Part shown: piece by piece, positions 26,867 to 36,296 of the stretch
Layout: each line of letters opens with the position of its first letter
How positions within the stretch are numbered: position 1 is the first letter of the stretch
Virus record (IMG/VR): IMGVR_UViG_3300043424_000108
Location: 1 to 64,000 of that record
DNA from: a virus
DNA: 64,000 bases
Direction: 5' to 3' (one strand)
Position numbers and translations under genes: made by a program
Notes under the pieces: generated by a model
Told to the model about the DNA's origin: nothing
Database searches by the model: none
The model's input: the letters and a program-made list of their open reading frames with translations, nothing else

Positions 26867-27097
26867 TTAAAGTCTTATCACTCTCGGATACTCTAGTCCT
26901 ACTGCTAGTATGACATCTAATCCGTATATACTTTCTATTGTGACATCGTCCTCTTCCTCTACTCCCATCTCTATGAGCAAGTCTTCGAACTGCTCTTCGG
27001 TAAGTAGGACTGCATTAGGCCTCATTGCCTGACCATCCTTCTCTGAGTCTAGATAGAACTGATTTATTAATTTGTCTATATCTGCTAGGGTAATCAT
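26867..27097 (-). CDS. hypothetical acidic protein
   Basis: Last gene of the - strand block. Confidence 0.7.
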   Translation of the reverse strand: MITLADIDKLINQFYLDSEKDGQAMRPNAVLLTEEQFEDLLIEMGVEEEDDVTIESIYGLDVILAVGLEYPRVIRL

Positions 27098-27104
27098 CTT
27101 ATTT

Positions 27105-28427
27105 TTATTTAAAGCGAATATAAAACGAATAAATCGAATCCGTATCTTTTTCTACTAAATCAAAGGAAACTCCTGGGTATCCAGGGCCAAAGTTGTTCAT
27201 AATCCACTTAGAAGAGCCATACATAGACAATACATTACGGTATCTAAACTTATATGCTTGTTGCATACTCTCAGTATGTAGGTCTCCTTTTACTATAGAG
27301 ATATTTTTATTCTCTCCTAAGTTATGGTGGTCGATGTACTTATTAAGGAAGTTTTCTGCTTTCTCGTTTAAGAAAAGGGGAAGACCATGCTTAAGATCTT
27401 CCGAATCTTTTCCATGAGTAAAGATAAACGTATGTTTGCCATAGTCAAAATGTTCTAAGAACTTCTCCATTATCGTTACCTTGATGAATGGATAAGCTGT
27501 GTTTAAGTATAAGTTTAACGCTTGATTAGTAATGTAACCAAAAGAACCTGCATGGTTATCGTTAGTTTGCATTACTGCGTGGATGTTATTTGCTAAGTTT
27601 TTCTCTACTAAAGTGTCGAAGAATCTCTTATGAGCATAAAGGTAAGTCATAAAAGCTTCTTTACTGTCCATATTCTGAGGTAACTGGTGACCACCTCTAG
27701 TAGTGTAGCCATTCCAACCATCTAAAGAATCTCCTAAGTCACAAATAAACAAGTCTTGTAGTCTTCCATAAGTCCTAACTTGCTTCTCTATCTCTTCTAG
27801 AGTTCTATTCATCCTTTCTTCGAAGACATTCTCATTGTATTCGTTACCATAAAGAGCAGTAGGATGTGTAAGTGCACCTACATGTTTGTCACTCATGTAT
27901 ACAAATAAGCCTCTATTAGTGCTTACAAGGGCTTTCTTAGGTGTTGGATATACATTGATGCCAGACTCTAAGAAAACTTCTCTTAGAATGCTTTCTATGT
28001 CGTCATTAAAAGTATCCTCAGGCTTTATATGAGCAAATAAGGCTGACACTAGCCAGCCTGAACTCTTTTCTTTACTCCAATATTGAACTAACTTCCACTT
28101 AGTAGTGTCTATCTTGTGTATCTTAACTATCTCTTCAGGAGATCTAGGTTGTTCGGATACTAGTTTAGATACTTCTAACGTACCTTTTTCTAGGTTTTCA
28201 TTATAGGTACTTACAGAATCGGAATTAGATTGAGAATTATCTGGATAAGCATCCTCTCTTATAAGTTTAGCTACGGCTGTTCTTTTTAAGTCACGAACTT
28301 TTTTGCCTCTTAACTCGTTACTTAGTTCTGGGCAGAAGTTAAAACGGATAGCAACTTCAACAGCTGTCTCAGTTGTGTTTGGATTATCCATATAGTGACG
28401 GATAATCTGTTTAGAGATTGGCATCAT
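27105..28427 (-). CDS. calcineurin-like metallophosphoesterase with N-terminal extension
   Basis: SDKHVG, LGDSLDG, NDNH, THG, GDLH. Confidence 0.88.
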   Translation of the reverse strand: MMPISKQIIRHYMDNPNTTETAVEVAIRFNFCPELSNELRGKKVRDLKRTAVAKLIREDAYPDNSQSNSDSVSTYNENLEKGTLEVSKLVSEQPRSPEEIVKIHKIDTTKWKLVQYWSKEKSSGWLVSALFAHIKPEDTFNDDIESILREVFLESGINVYPTPKKALVSTNRGLFVYMSDKHVGALTHPTALYGNEYNENVFEERMNRTLEEIEKQVRTYGRLQDLFICDLGDSLDGWNGYTTRGGHQLPQNMDSKEAFMTYLYAHKRFFDTLVEKNLANNIHAVMQTNDNHAGSFGYITNQALNLYLNTAYPFIKVTIMEKFLEHFDYGKHTFIFTHGKDSEDLKHGLPLFLNEKAENFLNKYIDHHNLGENKNISIVKGDLHTESMQQAYKFRYRNVLSMYGSSKWIMNNFGPGYPGVSFDLVEKDTDSIYSFYIRFK

Positions 28428-28438
28428 AGGCTTGGTGG

Positions 28439-28798
28439 TTAAAATATTAACCCTATGGTTAACAAAGCTATAGCAATTAATCCGCCTTTCAAAACATTCT
28501 TCAATGTTTTTATAGTTTCTGCTTGAGATTTAACCTTAGTATCCAAGCGAACTATCTCTACCTTAGCTGTATCTAGGGCCTTTTGGTAGTTGGGAACTAT
28601 AGAATCTTTATAATAATGTAGTTGGAGACTGTCTGCTTTGACAATCTTCTTTAGACTAACTACTCTTTCACGTGCTTGAATTCCTTTTATGAACTCATTA
28701 TTCAACTCCTTTAGCGGTAAGCTGTCTAGAGATTGTGAGTAGATACTTTGTGCCGTCAATGTCAGGCATAGTGTCAATAGCAATCTGAATTGTGTCAT
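28439..28798 (-). CDS. spanin-like lysis protein
   Basis: N-terminal signal-like segment, coiled coil, C-terminal TM; downstream of holin. Confidence 0.55.
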   Translation of the reverse strand: MTQFRLLLTLCLTLTAQSIYSQSLDSLPLKELNNEFIKGIQARERVVSLKKIVKADSLQLHYYKDSIVPNYQKALDTAKVEIVRLDTKVKSQAETIKTLKNVLKGGLIAIALLTIGLIF

Positions 28799-29015
28799 AC
28801 TTTAAGGTGATTTTTTCATAGTTGTGATACTCTTCGTGCTTGATATGCTCCAGAGAGTCTATCTTTTCAAAGTAAGTATCGTTGGCTTTATCTATAGAAT
28901 CTATAAAAGATATTACTTGGTTAGTGTCTTGCTCTTGTACATATTCGTACCTATAAAGCAAGTATACAATAACAAAGAAGAAGATAAAGTTAAGTTTAAT
29001 CGAGAGGTTTTTCAT
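28698..29015 (-). CDS. i-spanin-like membrane protein
   Basis: N-terminal TM then helical periplasmic part; between holin and 28439..28798. Confidence 0.55.
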   Translation of the reverse strand: MKNLSIKLNFIFFFVIVYLLYRYEYVQEQDTNQVISFIDSIDKANDTYFEKIDSLEHIKHEEYHNYEKITLKYDTIQIAIDTMPDIDGTKYLLTISRQLTAKGVE

Positions 29016-29418
29016 CGTGGTTGAATTTATGTCTGTCTATCTTTTCTAAAACTTGAGATAGTACACTGTTATCTATAATTCCTACTGTGTGTGCATTTTT
29101 AAGTGCACTAATCAATTGGAAAATAATAAAAGGAGCACAAATAGTCTCACTTAGCCAAAATGTACCATCAAATCCTTTCTCCACTAAGAGAACTACAGAT
29201 AGTATTACTACCCAACCAACCAAAGTTTTAATAACTTTTAGTGCCTTACGGGTTTGAAAACCCTCTTTCTTAGTTCCTGCCCATACACCAAAGAAACCAT
29301 CCAAGCTAACAACAGACACTATAGCTAAGAACTGCTCGAAGTTATCAGCAGTCAACTTTAAAAAATATGTGCCTAAGAAGGCACATATTGTAGTGAAAGC
29401 TATTAGAAGGGTTTTCAT
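28996..29418 (-). CDS. phage holin (holin_4_1-like)
   Basis: Multiple TM segments, D..FGV, QLISALKNA. Confidence 0.8.
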   Translation of the reverse strand: MKTLLIAFTTICAFLGTYFLKLTADNFEQFLAIVSVVSLDGFFGVWAGTKKEGFQTRKALKVIKTLVGWVVILSVVLLVEKGFDGTFWLSETICAPFIIFQLISALKNAHTVGIIDNSVLSQVLEKIDRHKFNHDEKPLD

Positions 29419-29756
29419 TAAGCGTTATAAGCGATTACAGAACCTGAAGAAAGTGTGATAGAGGAGATAGTTGTACCTTTAGCTACGCTAACCTTCATTG
29501 TTGGAGCCAAAGTAATCCCAGACAAACCTAGTGTAGTCATAAGACTATTACCATCTTGATCTAAGATTGCTGTAACTACAGCAGATGCGTTTACTACAAA
29601 GTACTGAAAGCTTCCTGTAACAGGAGAAGTACCTGAGATAACCTTGCTACCGTTCATACCTGCCTCGGCAGTTACGCTAGCGTTGATGCAACAAAGTTGC
29701 CCTTCGATGTGGCGAAGTTTCTTTGATTGTTCTCTGAGAATGTCATGTGTTTCCAT
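29418..29756 (-). CDS. hypothetical virion-associated protein
   Basis: S/T/G-rich, ends ITLSSGSVIAY. Confidence 0.7.
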   Translation of the reverse strand: METHDILREQSKKLRHIEGQLCCINASVTAEAGMNGSKVISGTSPVTGSFQYFVVNASAVVTAILDQDGNSLMTTLGLSGITLAPTMKVSVAKGTTISSITLSSGSVIAYNA

Positions 29757-29802
29757 AATAATTATCTTTTACGACTTTAAGTCCGACCTAAGTCCGTTTA
29801 CA

Positions 29803-29832
29803 CAAAAATACTTTTATTTAAAATAAAGTCAA
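29803..29832 (-). promoter_or_regulatory. Bacteroidota-type promoter for the lysis operon
   Basis: Minus strand TTGACT-N16-TATTTTTG. Confidence 0.7.
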
Positions 29833-29833
29833 G

Positions 29834-32800
29834 TTATTCTTCTTCAGGTTCAGGAGTAACATCTAATCCCCTCCTATCTCCTAATAGATTCATAAATGGA
29901 TAAGCAATAGGACTTGATTCATCTATTTTACCTGCCTTGATTCCTTCTATTCTTTTCTTATAATTATCTCTTAAGGTCTTAAGTTTGTTGTTTACACTTT
30001 CTGGTACTCTTTCTCCTCTAGAAACATACTTAGCAGTTTCTTCTTGAATCTCTTTAAGTTGTTTCTTAAACAACTTTTTTTCTTGAGCTAAGCGAGTTCT
30101 AGTAGGCATAATCTCTAATCCTTCGTAATCTTTCTTATACCTAGTCCTTAGTTCTTTAGTATAAGTCTTAGGAGCGTAGTCATTGAATGCTCTGTTTTGA
30201 AATTCTACTGATTTAGGTCCAATAAAAGCTCCTTTAAGCCCTAAGAATTCCATACCCAATACAGCCAATCCCATCTCACCTGCTTGCATAGGGTGTGTTC
30301 TATCCCAGTCTACTTTATTAGAGTTAGGGCGATACTTGTAATACGGATCTGTAGAGTAGAGATCACCGTCTGTAACAAACTTTCTCCAAACACTGAAGGG
30401 TCCCATAGCAGCCCAACCTATCTTCTCAAAGATAGATACACCGTTTGCTTGCTCGGCTACATAAGTAAACATCATTTCATTTATTCCCCACCCAGTAAAT
30501 ACTCCTTCAGCTTCGTTAGCTGTTCTTTTTGCACCTAAACACACATAGTCTTTCCAATCTGATTCAGCATCCTCTTCGCAATTCAAAGCCAATGACATCT
30601 GTACAATTAAATTTGCTAATACTGTATAGGTAGCTAACTGAACGGCAAACTGCTTTAAGCCTGCTTTTTGTGTGTCAGAACTATACTTCCAGGTATTATA
30701 CATTCTACCTTTGTCAAAGTAAACTGTATCCATTAAGAAGTTTAAAGCAGCCCTATGAGAACCAATAGTTTTAATACCTGCTCCATAGTGAATAGTCTCA
30801 GAACCCCAAGTAGACTTAAGATCTGGAATAACCCATTTCTTCAAGAACATAATAGATCTAAACCAAGCATGTTTAGCCATAGTAGGCTGTGCCTCTAACG
30901 AGTAGATACCTTGTGCTCTTTCATTAGCTAATTGTATTTCTTTTCTAACTCTCTGTACAAACTCAAAGCTTACATCTACACTAGGCTTAGGCTGAATAAC
31001 TCCATCTCTAAGTTCGAAAGCATCTTTCAACCTAATTGTTTCTGTGCTACCTTTTACAGGAACTCTATACTTATTTAAGAAAGCATAAGTAGTTACTGCA
31101 GCAATATCAAATTCAGTAAAGTCCCTGAGAGTAGAGACAGCTTTCCAAGCTTTACCGTACTTAGCAAGACCTTTGTTGTTAATCTCACTTGCCTGGTTAG
31201 CTAACGCCTGAGTACCAGTAAAATAATCTACTAGAGATACACGGTAACTTTTAGCTCCAAACTGATTATAAGTTAAGTAAAACTCTTTGCTAATACCCGA
31301 GGTATCTCCGTGAGCCCTTACCAAGTCTTTAGCAGTAATGTGGTAAAATCCTAATTGAGAAAGAATTTTAAGGTGACCACTAATCCAGTTTTGTGGGAGA
31401 CTCATTAAGTTAAATCCTAATGTCTTGAATCCTGCAACATTACTTACTCCTGAGAATAGGCTATTACCTACTCTTAAAGCAACAGAGTTGTTTTTATCTT
31501 CTAATACTTTGCCATAAAGTTCTCTATCAATCAAATCTGCAATTACTTTAGAAGCACCTGATTCTTCTTTACCTGCTGACATTACTTCTTCCATAGTAAG
31601 AACTGTTGACTGGTACTTACGCATTACTTTAAATCTCTCAGAAGAGGTAGCGTAAGAAGCCATAGCAGTCATAATATCGTAAGACTGTTCTTCAATGGGA
31701 AGAGTACGTGCATAACGATTAAATAGTCTACGGGATTCCCTTGTTACGGGATCTCCAAAGGCATCTGTTTGATAAGCGTCTCCGTAGATATCGTCCTCGT
31801 CTGAAAAAGAATCTCTGTCTCCCTTAAAGTAACTTAAGATATTCTTAAAGAATTGCTTAACTATATTGGCTTTAAGTTTTATTAGATCTACAAACTCACC
31901 CTTTGTTTTACGCATTCCAGGAATCAAATCTCCTAGTTTGTCTTTTTGATAAAGGTTCTCTTGGCTACGATAATGAAGGACTCTCATACGTTCTAACAGT
32001 TGTTTCTGTGTAGAAGTAAGATTGTCATAGTTACTATTATAGTACTCGCCTCCTGTAACCTCTTTAAATGTAATTTCTTTTGGTTTGTATTTAGGATTCT
32101 TAAACTCTGGCCTAATTACAGATTTATACCAAAGACTTGAGGGTGCATCCTTTTCTATGTAGTTAGGATTGTTAGGTCTAGTTACCCTCCACATAAATAA
32201 AGGTTCAACTACCTCCTGAACTACTCTAGTCTCAGGATTAAATCTAAACTTAGTTATGTGGTTGTTTTGATACCATACAGAATTCTTGTATCTGGCCTCT
32301 ACTATTTTTTCTATAGACTGTGTATCTAAGTCTGGATTCTCTGTAGTTACTTGAGTACGAATAGAGTCTTTTTGGTTTCTTACAGCACTCTCATAATACT
32401 CAGAATTAACGTTACTCTGTAGATCTTGTAGCTTTTCGATAAGAGCACCTAGTTTACTTTTAGTATCTTTATCTAGAGGGCTATCTTGCTTAAGCAAAGA
32501 TTTGATTTCCTCAATCTGTAACTCTAGTTCTTTTGCCTTAACTACTTGTTTATCAGTAACTTGTACAGGATCGTAAACACCATTTCTATCCTTAGTTCCT
32601 AACAAAAGATTAAATAGACCAGAGTAAAGATCTTGCATAGAACCCCTATTACTTAGTAGACGTTGGATATCATCTAAGATAATTTGTCTAGTGTCGTAGA
32701 ACTCTTGTGTATAAGTAGTACGTGTGTGTACTGAAGCCCACTTATTGTAAGCATCTTGTGTGATTAAGCCTTTTGCTAAGTCTGCTTTCTTGCTAGCGAG

Positions 32801-35800
32801 CATCTTCTCGAATACAGCCCTACTATCATCAGTGAGAACAAAGTTCATGACTTCAGCATTTCTCTTTGTTTCTTTCCACTTTTGAATAGCAATAGCATCT
32901 TCGTATGCTTTACCTGTTTTCAGTTCTCCAGCCTCATCGTAGATTCTTTCTAGCTCGTAGATTTCTTTCTCTTTCTCTTTAAGTCTCTCGATTGTATGTT
33001 CGTCTATCTCTCCAGTACCAAACTCTTCTCTGATAGCACCAATTTCTTGATAGATTCTGTTTCTTTTTTCTTTTACGTCATCTGGTAACAGCTTTTGAAT
33101 AGCATAATACTCATCTGTAAAAGGACGCTCTGTATACTCTTCGTAAAACTTCTTAAGATCCTCTTCTGCTTTATTTCTTATCTCCTCTGTCTCACCATAC
33201 TCTACAAGATAATTAAGTTCAGTAGCCCTGTTTCTAAGTTCGATTGTCTTAATCTTTGTATTAAGGGATATAACTTTCTTGTCTTTTACAAGTTTGCCAT
33301 CTATTACTTCATACAGTACAGTCTCTCGAATAAAAGGCTTATAGAAGTTTTTAGTATCCATAGCAGAACCAAAGAAACTTCCTTCTGATGCCGCAATGTC
33401 ATCCATAAGATCTTGCCAATCTCTTGCAATAGGCTTTAAGTTCTCTTGAAACTCGTTATTAATACCTCTAATATAGTTAGCAATAATCTGTACGCTAGGA
33501 GTCTTTGTAGACATTGCTGACTCCCAAGCAAGATACCAAGGAGAGTTAGGATCAGCTAAGAACTTTTTAATATTCTCGGGAGTAGGAATACTCTCTGCCT
33601 TTTCTTTTTCTAACTCCGCAATTCTTTTTGCAATAGCAGGAGTTTGTGTACGAGACTTAAGTTTAGCAATATCAGAATCAAACTGAGCTGCAATATCTAC
33701 TGCTTGTTGAGATAGACTATCTGCTAATTCATTAAATACAGGAGCCTGTATATTAGTTGCATGATCTTCTTTAATAGTGTTGATAGCAGTTTTAATCCAA
33801 GAAAGATTCTTTAAGAAAGCGTCTTTCTGAACTTCTGCCCTATACATTTTCTTAAGGACACTAGTGTCAAATAAAGATTCAATCTTTTTAACATGCTTCT
33901 CGATAGCTAAAGCTTGCTTATAGGTTCTATGAAGATCCCCTAACTTCTTACCTGAAGGTATATTAGGATCATTCAAAATGTTATCTAAGTGACGAATCAG
34001 TCCCTGTAGATAAATAGAATTGTATTCAAGATAATCAGCCAACTCTAGAACAGATGCAGCTACATCTTCTTTTGTTAGTATGTTCTTTACCTGCTTAATA
34101 GCATCTAGAGATCTTTGTAGGGACTCATTTCCTAAGCCAAGAAATCTATTGGTATCTAAGATCTTTTTAAACTCAGAGTCACTAATAGCTGAAGCAATTT
34201 TTTGAATCTTCTCTGCATAGGTTTGGAATTCAAACTGTCCACCAGGAGTAGTTACTACATACTGAGTCAAAGCATCTACTTGATCTTGAGGAACTATACG
34301 TTGGAACATATAGTCTTCGATTGCAGAGTTTGTAGGAATCACCTCAAACAAGTTAGAGGGATTAACAAGAGACTCCACTAAATTAGACATATTACTAATA
34401 GGAGTAACTCCTACTTTAAATGATCTAAGCAAAGACTTAAACCAATCAAAGACTTTATCAAACAAACTTCTATTAGCTTTAGTAACCGCTTGTCTACCTA
34501 ACTCAGTTACAATAACCTCTTCCCAGAAAGATTCGCTTCCTACATAATCAGGATAAGCGTCTTCTACAAAAGAGTAAGCAGATGATGTGGGGGATTCTTC
34601 GTGTAATCTTTTTACCTCAGCCTTAAGCTGTTCAAATAACTCAGGATTAGATTCTCTAATACCTCTAACTACAAAGTGTCCAAATTCATGCCAAGGGGTA
34701 TCTTCCTGAATAAGTTCAGGATTAAGTTCAATCTCTCCTGTAGATAAGTTAACTCTAGCGGCCTCTGCAATTTCGTTGTTCCACTTCCAAGTTACTCCAG
34801 GGAATCTAGAAGCAAGTTTATCTAACACCTGTCCATAAGCTTTTATCTTAGGATCTTTAAGTGCTTGTTTTAAACTAAAGTTCTTTTGGAACATTAATCC
34901 ATTCAAAGGAAGTACTTCTCCATCAATCAAAAGTTCATTTGCTGATTGGAGTTTTTCCATAATAGCTGCTTTTTCTTTTCCTAGATTCTCTTGGATCTCA
35001 AACAACTCCATTTCAGTTCTCATAGACTCTTCTTCTAGAGTCTCAACTGCTTGTAGGAAAGGAATAGTATAACTACCATTCAAGTCAAATTCAATTAAAG
35101 TCTGTCCATCAGACAACTCTCTTACGTATGCAGGAGGATTAGAGTATGCTAAAGGAAACATTGCATTGATGTTTTCTTTTAATCTAACTGCGTAGTTATA
35201 AAGTGCACCAGGAGATTTAACTCTCTTTGTCTCAGAAAGATAAATTTTGTTTCCTTCTACTCGAACAGAGTCAAGACCTTGAATAGCTGGAAGTATTTCT
35301 TGGAAGTGTTTAGAAGCTACGTAACGCTTCTTCTCTTCCATTGACATGTTCCAGTACTCTGGACTAGTTTGAATGCCTCTAACAAAGTCGTATTGTCTTT
35401 CTAAACGAATAAATCTATCAGATACAAACTTTGCATCCTTCCTACTAAACATAGTAGTAGGCATTACATTACTAGCTACAAACTTTTTAAATCCTGCTAT
35501 GTCTTGTTTGTTTCCTAGTATGTGAACTTGTTCATCTTGATTTACAATGTAAATAGTTTTTTCACCAGCATCATTATTTGTTAAGACAGTATCAAACTCT
35601 TGAGTATTAGTTAAATAGTTATTAAGTTCTTTTAGTTTACTTTCTTTTATATGCTCTGTTAATGGTTCCCAACCAGAATTGCGTTCAGAAAATTCAGTGG
35701 CTTCTGCTAAAGTAGGAAATACTTCTATTTCTACCACTTCGCCTATAAATTCTAACGCAAACTTTGAATTTTTAATTGCATCAATCTCTGCTTGAATCTC

Positions 35801-36274
35801 CGCTTTACTTTGTGGTCTATTACCAAAAAAAGCATCTCTTTGGAATTGTACATTTTTTGCATTAATTAATAAAGATACTATACTACCTTCTTTTTTAGCG
35901 TACCCTTTAGCCTCCCTTTTATCAGTACTTACATAGAAAACGTTACCTCCAAAAATGTTTTTTGAAAAATCTACTTCATCAAACTTTTTCCCTTTAGTAC
36001 CATGATAAACAATATCTTTTACTTTACTATCTGGAAAGATAGTATCTAAGTATGCGGAGTATTGTTCTTGTGTGCCTACAGAAGCTAACTCAGGATTGGT
36101 CACAAACAACTCCTCTACTCCCTCCTTAATGGTTGACTTAGGCAAGTTGTAATATTTAGCAGGTACTTCTCCCTGATACTTATCCCAGAGATAGTAAGCA
36201 TACTCTGGGACTATAGATTGAAGTTTCTCAAATTGAGCCTTTATAGTTGGGTCTGATAGGTTAGGACAAAACAT
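29834..36274 (-). CDS. giant ejected (cargo) polyvalent protein with ART-like and zincin domains
   Basis: 2146 aa adjacent to vRNAP; VYHGT...FYVS...AKGYA; DTPWHEFGH...EEVI. Confidence 0.8.
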   Translation of the reverse strand: MFCPNLSDPTIKAQFEKLQSIVPEYAYYLWDKYQGEVPAKYYNLPKSTIKEGVEELFVTNPELASVGTQEQYSAYLDTIFPDSKVKDIVYHGTKGKKFDEVDFSKNIFGGNVFYVSTDKREAKGYAKKEGSIVSLLINAKNVQFQRDAFFGNRPQSKAEIQAEIDAIKNSKFALEFIGEVVEIEVFPTLAEATEFSERNSGWEPLTEHIKESKLKELNNYLTNTQEFDTVLTNNDAGEKTIYIVNQDEQVHILGNKQDIAGFKKFVASNVMPTTMFSRKDAKFVSDRFIRLERQYDFVRGIQTSPEYWNMSMEEKKRYVASKHFQEILPAIQGLDSVRVEGNKIYLSETKRVKSPGALYNYAVRLKENINAMFPLAYSNPPAYVRELSDGQTLIEFDLNGSYTIPFLQAVETLEEESMRTEMELFEIQENLGKEKAAIMEKLQSANELLIDGEVLPLNGLMFQKNFSLKQALKDPKIKAYGQVLDKLASRFPGVTWKWNNEIAEAARVNLSTGEIELNPELIQEDTPWHEFGHFVVRGIRESNPELFEQLKAEVKRLHEESPTSSAYSFVEDAYPDYVGSESFWEEVIVTELGRQAVTKANRSLFDKVFDWFKSLLRSFKVGVTPISNMSNLVESLVNPSNLFEVIPTNSAIEDYMFQRIVPQDQVDALTQYVVTTPGGQFEFQTYAEKIQKIASAISDSEFKKILDTNRFLGLGNESLQRSLDAIKQVKNILTKEDVAASVLELADYLEYNSIYLQGLIRHLDNILNDPNIPSGKKLGDLHRTYKQALAIEKHVKKIESLFDTSVLKKMYRAEVQKDAFLKNLSWIKTAINTIKEDHATNIQAPVFNELADSLSQQAVDIAAQFDSDIAKLKSRTQTPAIAKRIAELEKEKAESIPTPENIKKFLADPNSPWYLAWESAMSTKTPSVQIIANYIRGINNEFQENLKPIARDWQDLMDDIAASEGSFFGSAMDTKNFYKPFIRETVLYEVIDGKLVKDKKVISLNTKIKTIELRNRATELNYLVEYGETEEIRNKAEEDLKKFYEEYTERPFTDEYYAIQKLLPDDVKEKRNRIYQEIGAIREEFGTGEIDEHTIERLKEKEKEIYELERIYDEAGELKTGKAYEDAIAIQKWKETKRNAEVMNFVLTDDSRAVFEKMLASKKADLAKGLITQDAYNKWASVHTRTTYTQEFYDTRQIILDDIQRLLSNRGSMQDLYSGLFNLLLGTKDRNGVYDPVQVTDKQVVKAKELELQIEEIKSLLKQDSPLDKDTKSKLGALIEKLQDLQSNVNSEYYESAVRNQKDSIRTQVTTENPDLDTQSIEKIVEARYKNSVWYQNNHITKFRFNPETRVVQEVVEPLFMWRVTRPNNPNYIEKDAPSSLWYKSVIRPEFKNPKYKPKEITFKEVTGGEYYNSNYDNLTSTQKQLLERMRVLHYRSQENLYQKDKLGDLIPGMRKTKGEFVDLIKLKANIVKQFFKNILSYFKGDRDSFSDEDDIYGDAYQTDAFGDPVTRESRRLFNRYARTLPIEEQSYDIMTAMASYATSSERFKVMRKYQSTVLTMEEVMSAGKEESGASKVIADLIDRELYGKVLEDKNNSVALRVGNSLFSGVSNVAGFKTLGFNLMSLPQNWISGHLKILSQLGFYHITAKDLVRAHGDTSGISKEFYLTYNQFGAKSYRVSLVDYFTGTQALANQASEINNKGLAKYGKAWKAVSTLRDFTEFDIAAVTTYAFLNKYRVPVKGSTETIRLKDAFELRDGVIQPKPSVDVSFEFVQRVRKEIQLANERAQGIYSLEAQPTMAKHAWFRSIMFLKKWVIPDLKSTWGSETIHYGAGIKTIGSHRAALNFLMDTVYFDKGRMYNTWKYSSDTQKAGLKQFAVQLATYTVLANLIVQMSLALNCEEDAESDWKDYVCLGAKRTANEAEGVFTGWGINEMMFTYVAEQANGVSIFEKIGWAAMGPFSVWRKFVTDGDLYSTDPYYKYRPNSNKVDWDRTHPMQAGEMGLAVLGMEFLGLKGAFIGPKSVEFQNRAFNDYAPKTYTKELRTRYKKDYEGLEIMPTRTRLAQEKKLFKKQLKEIQEETAKYVSRGERVPESVNNKLKTLRDNYKKRIEGIKAGKIDESSPIAYPFMNLLGDRRGLDVTPEPEEE

Positions 36275-36282
36275 GGTTAATA

Positions 36283-36290
36283 CAAATATA
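36283..36290 (-). promoter_or_regulatory. -7 element TATATTTG
   Basis: 8 nt upstream of ATG 36274; no clear -33. Confidence 0.5.
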
Positions 36291-36296
36291 ACTTAA

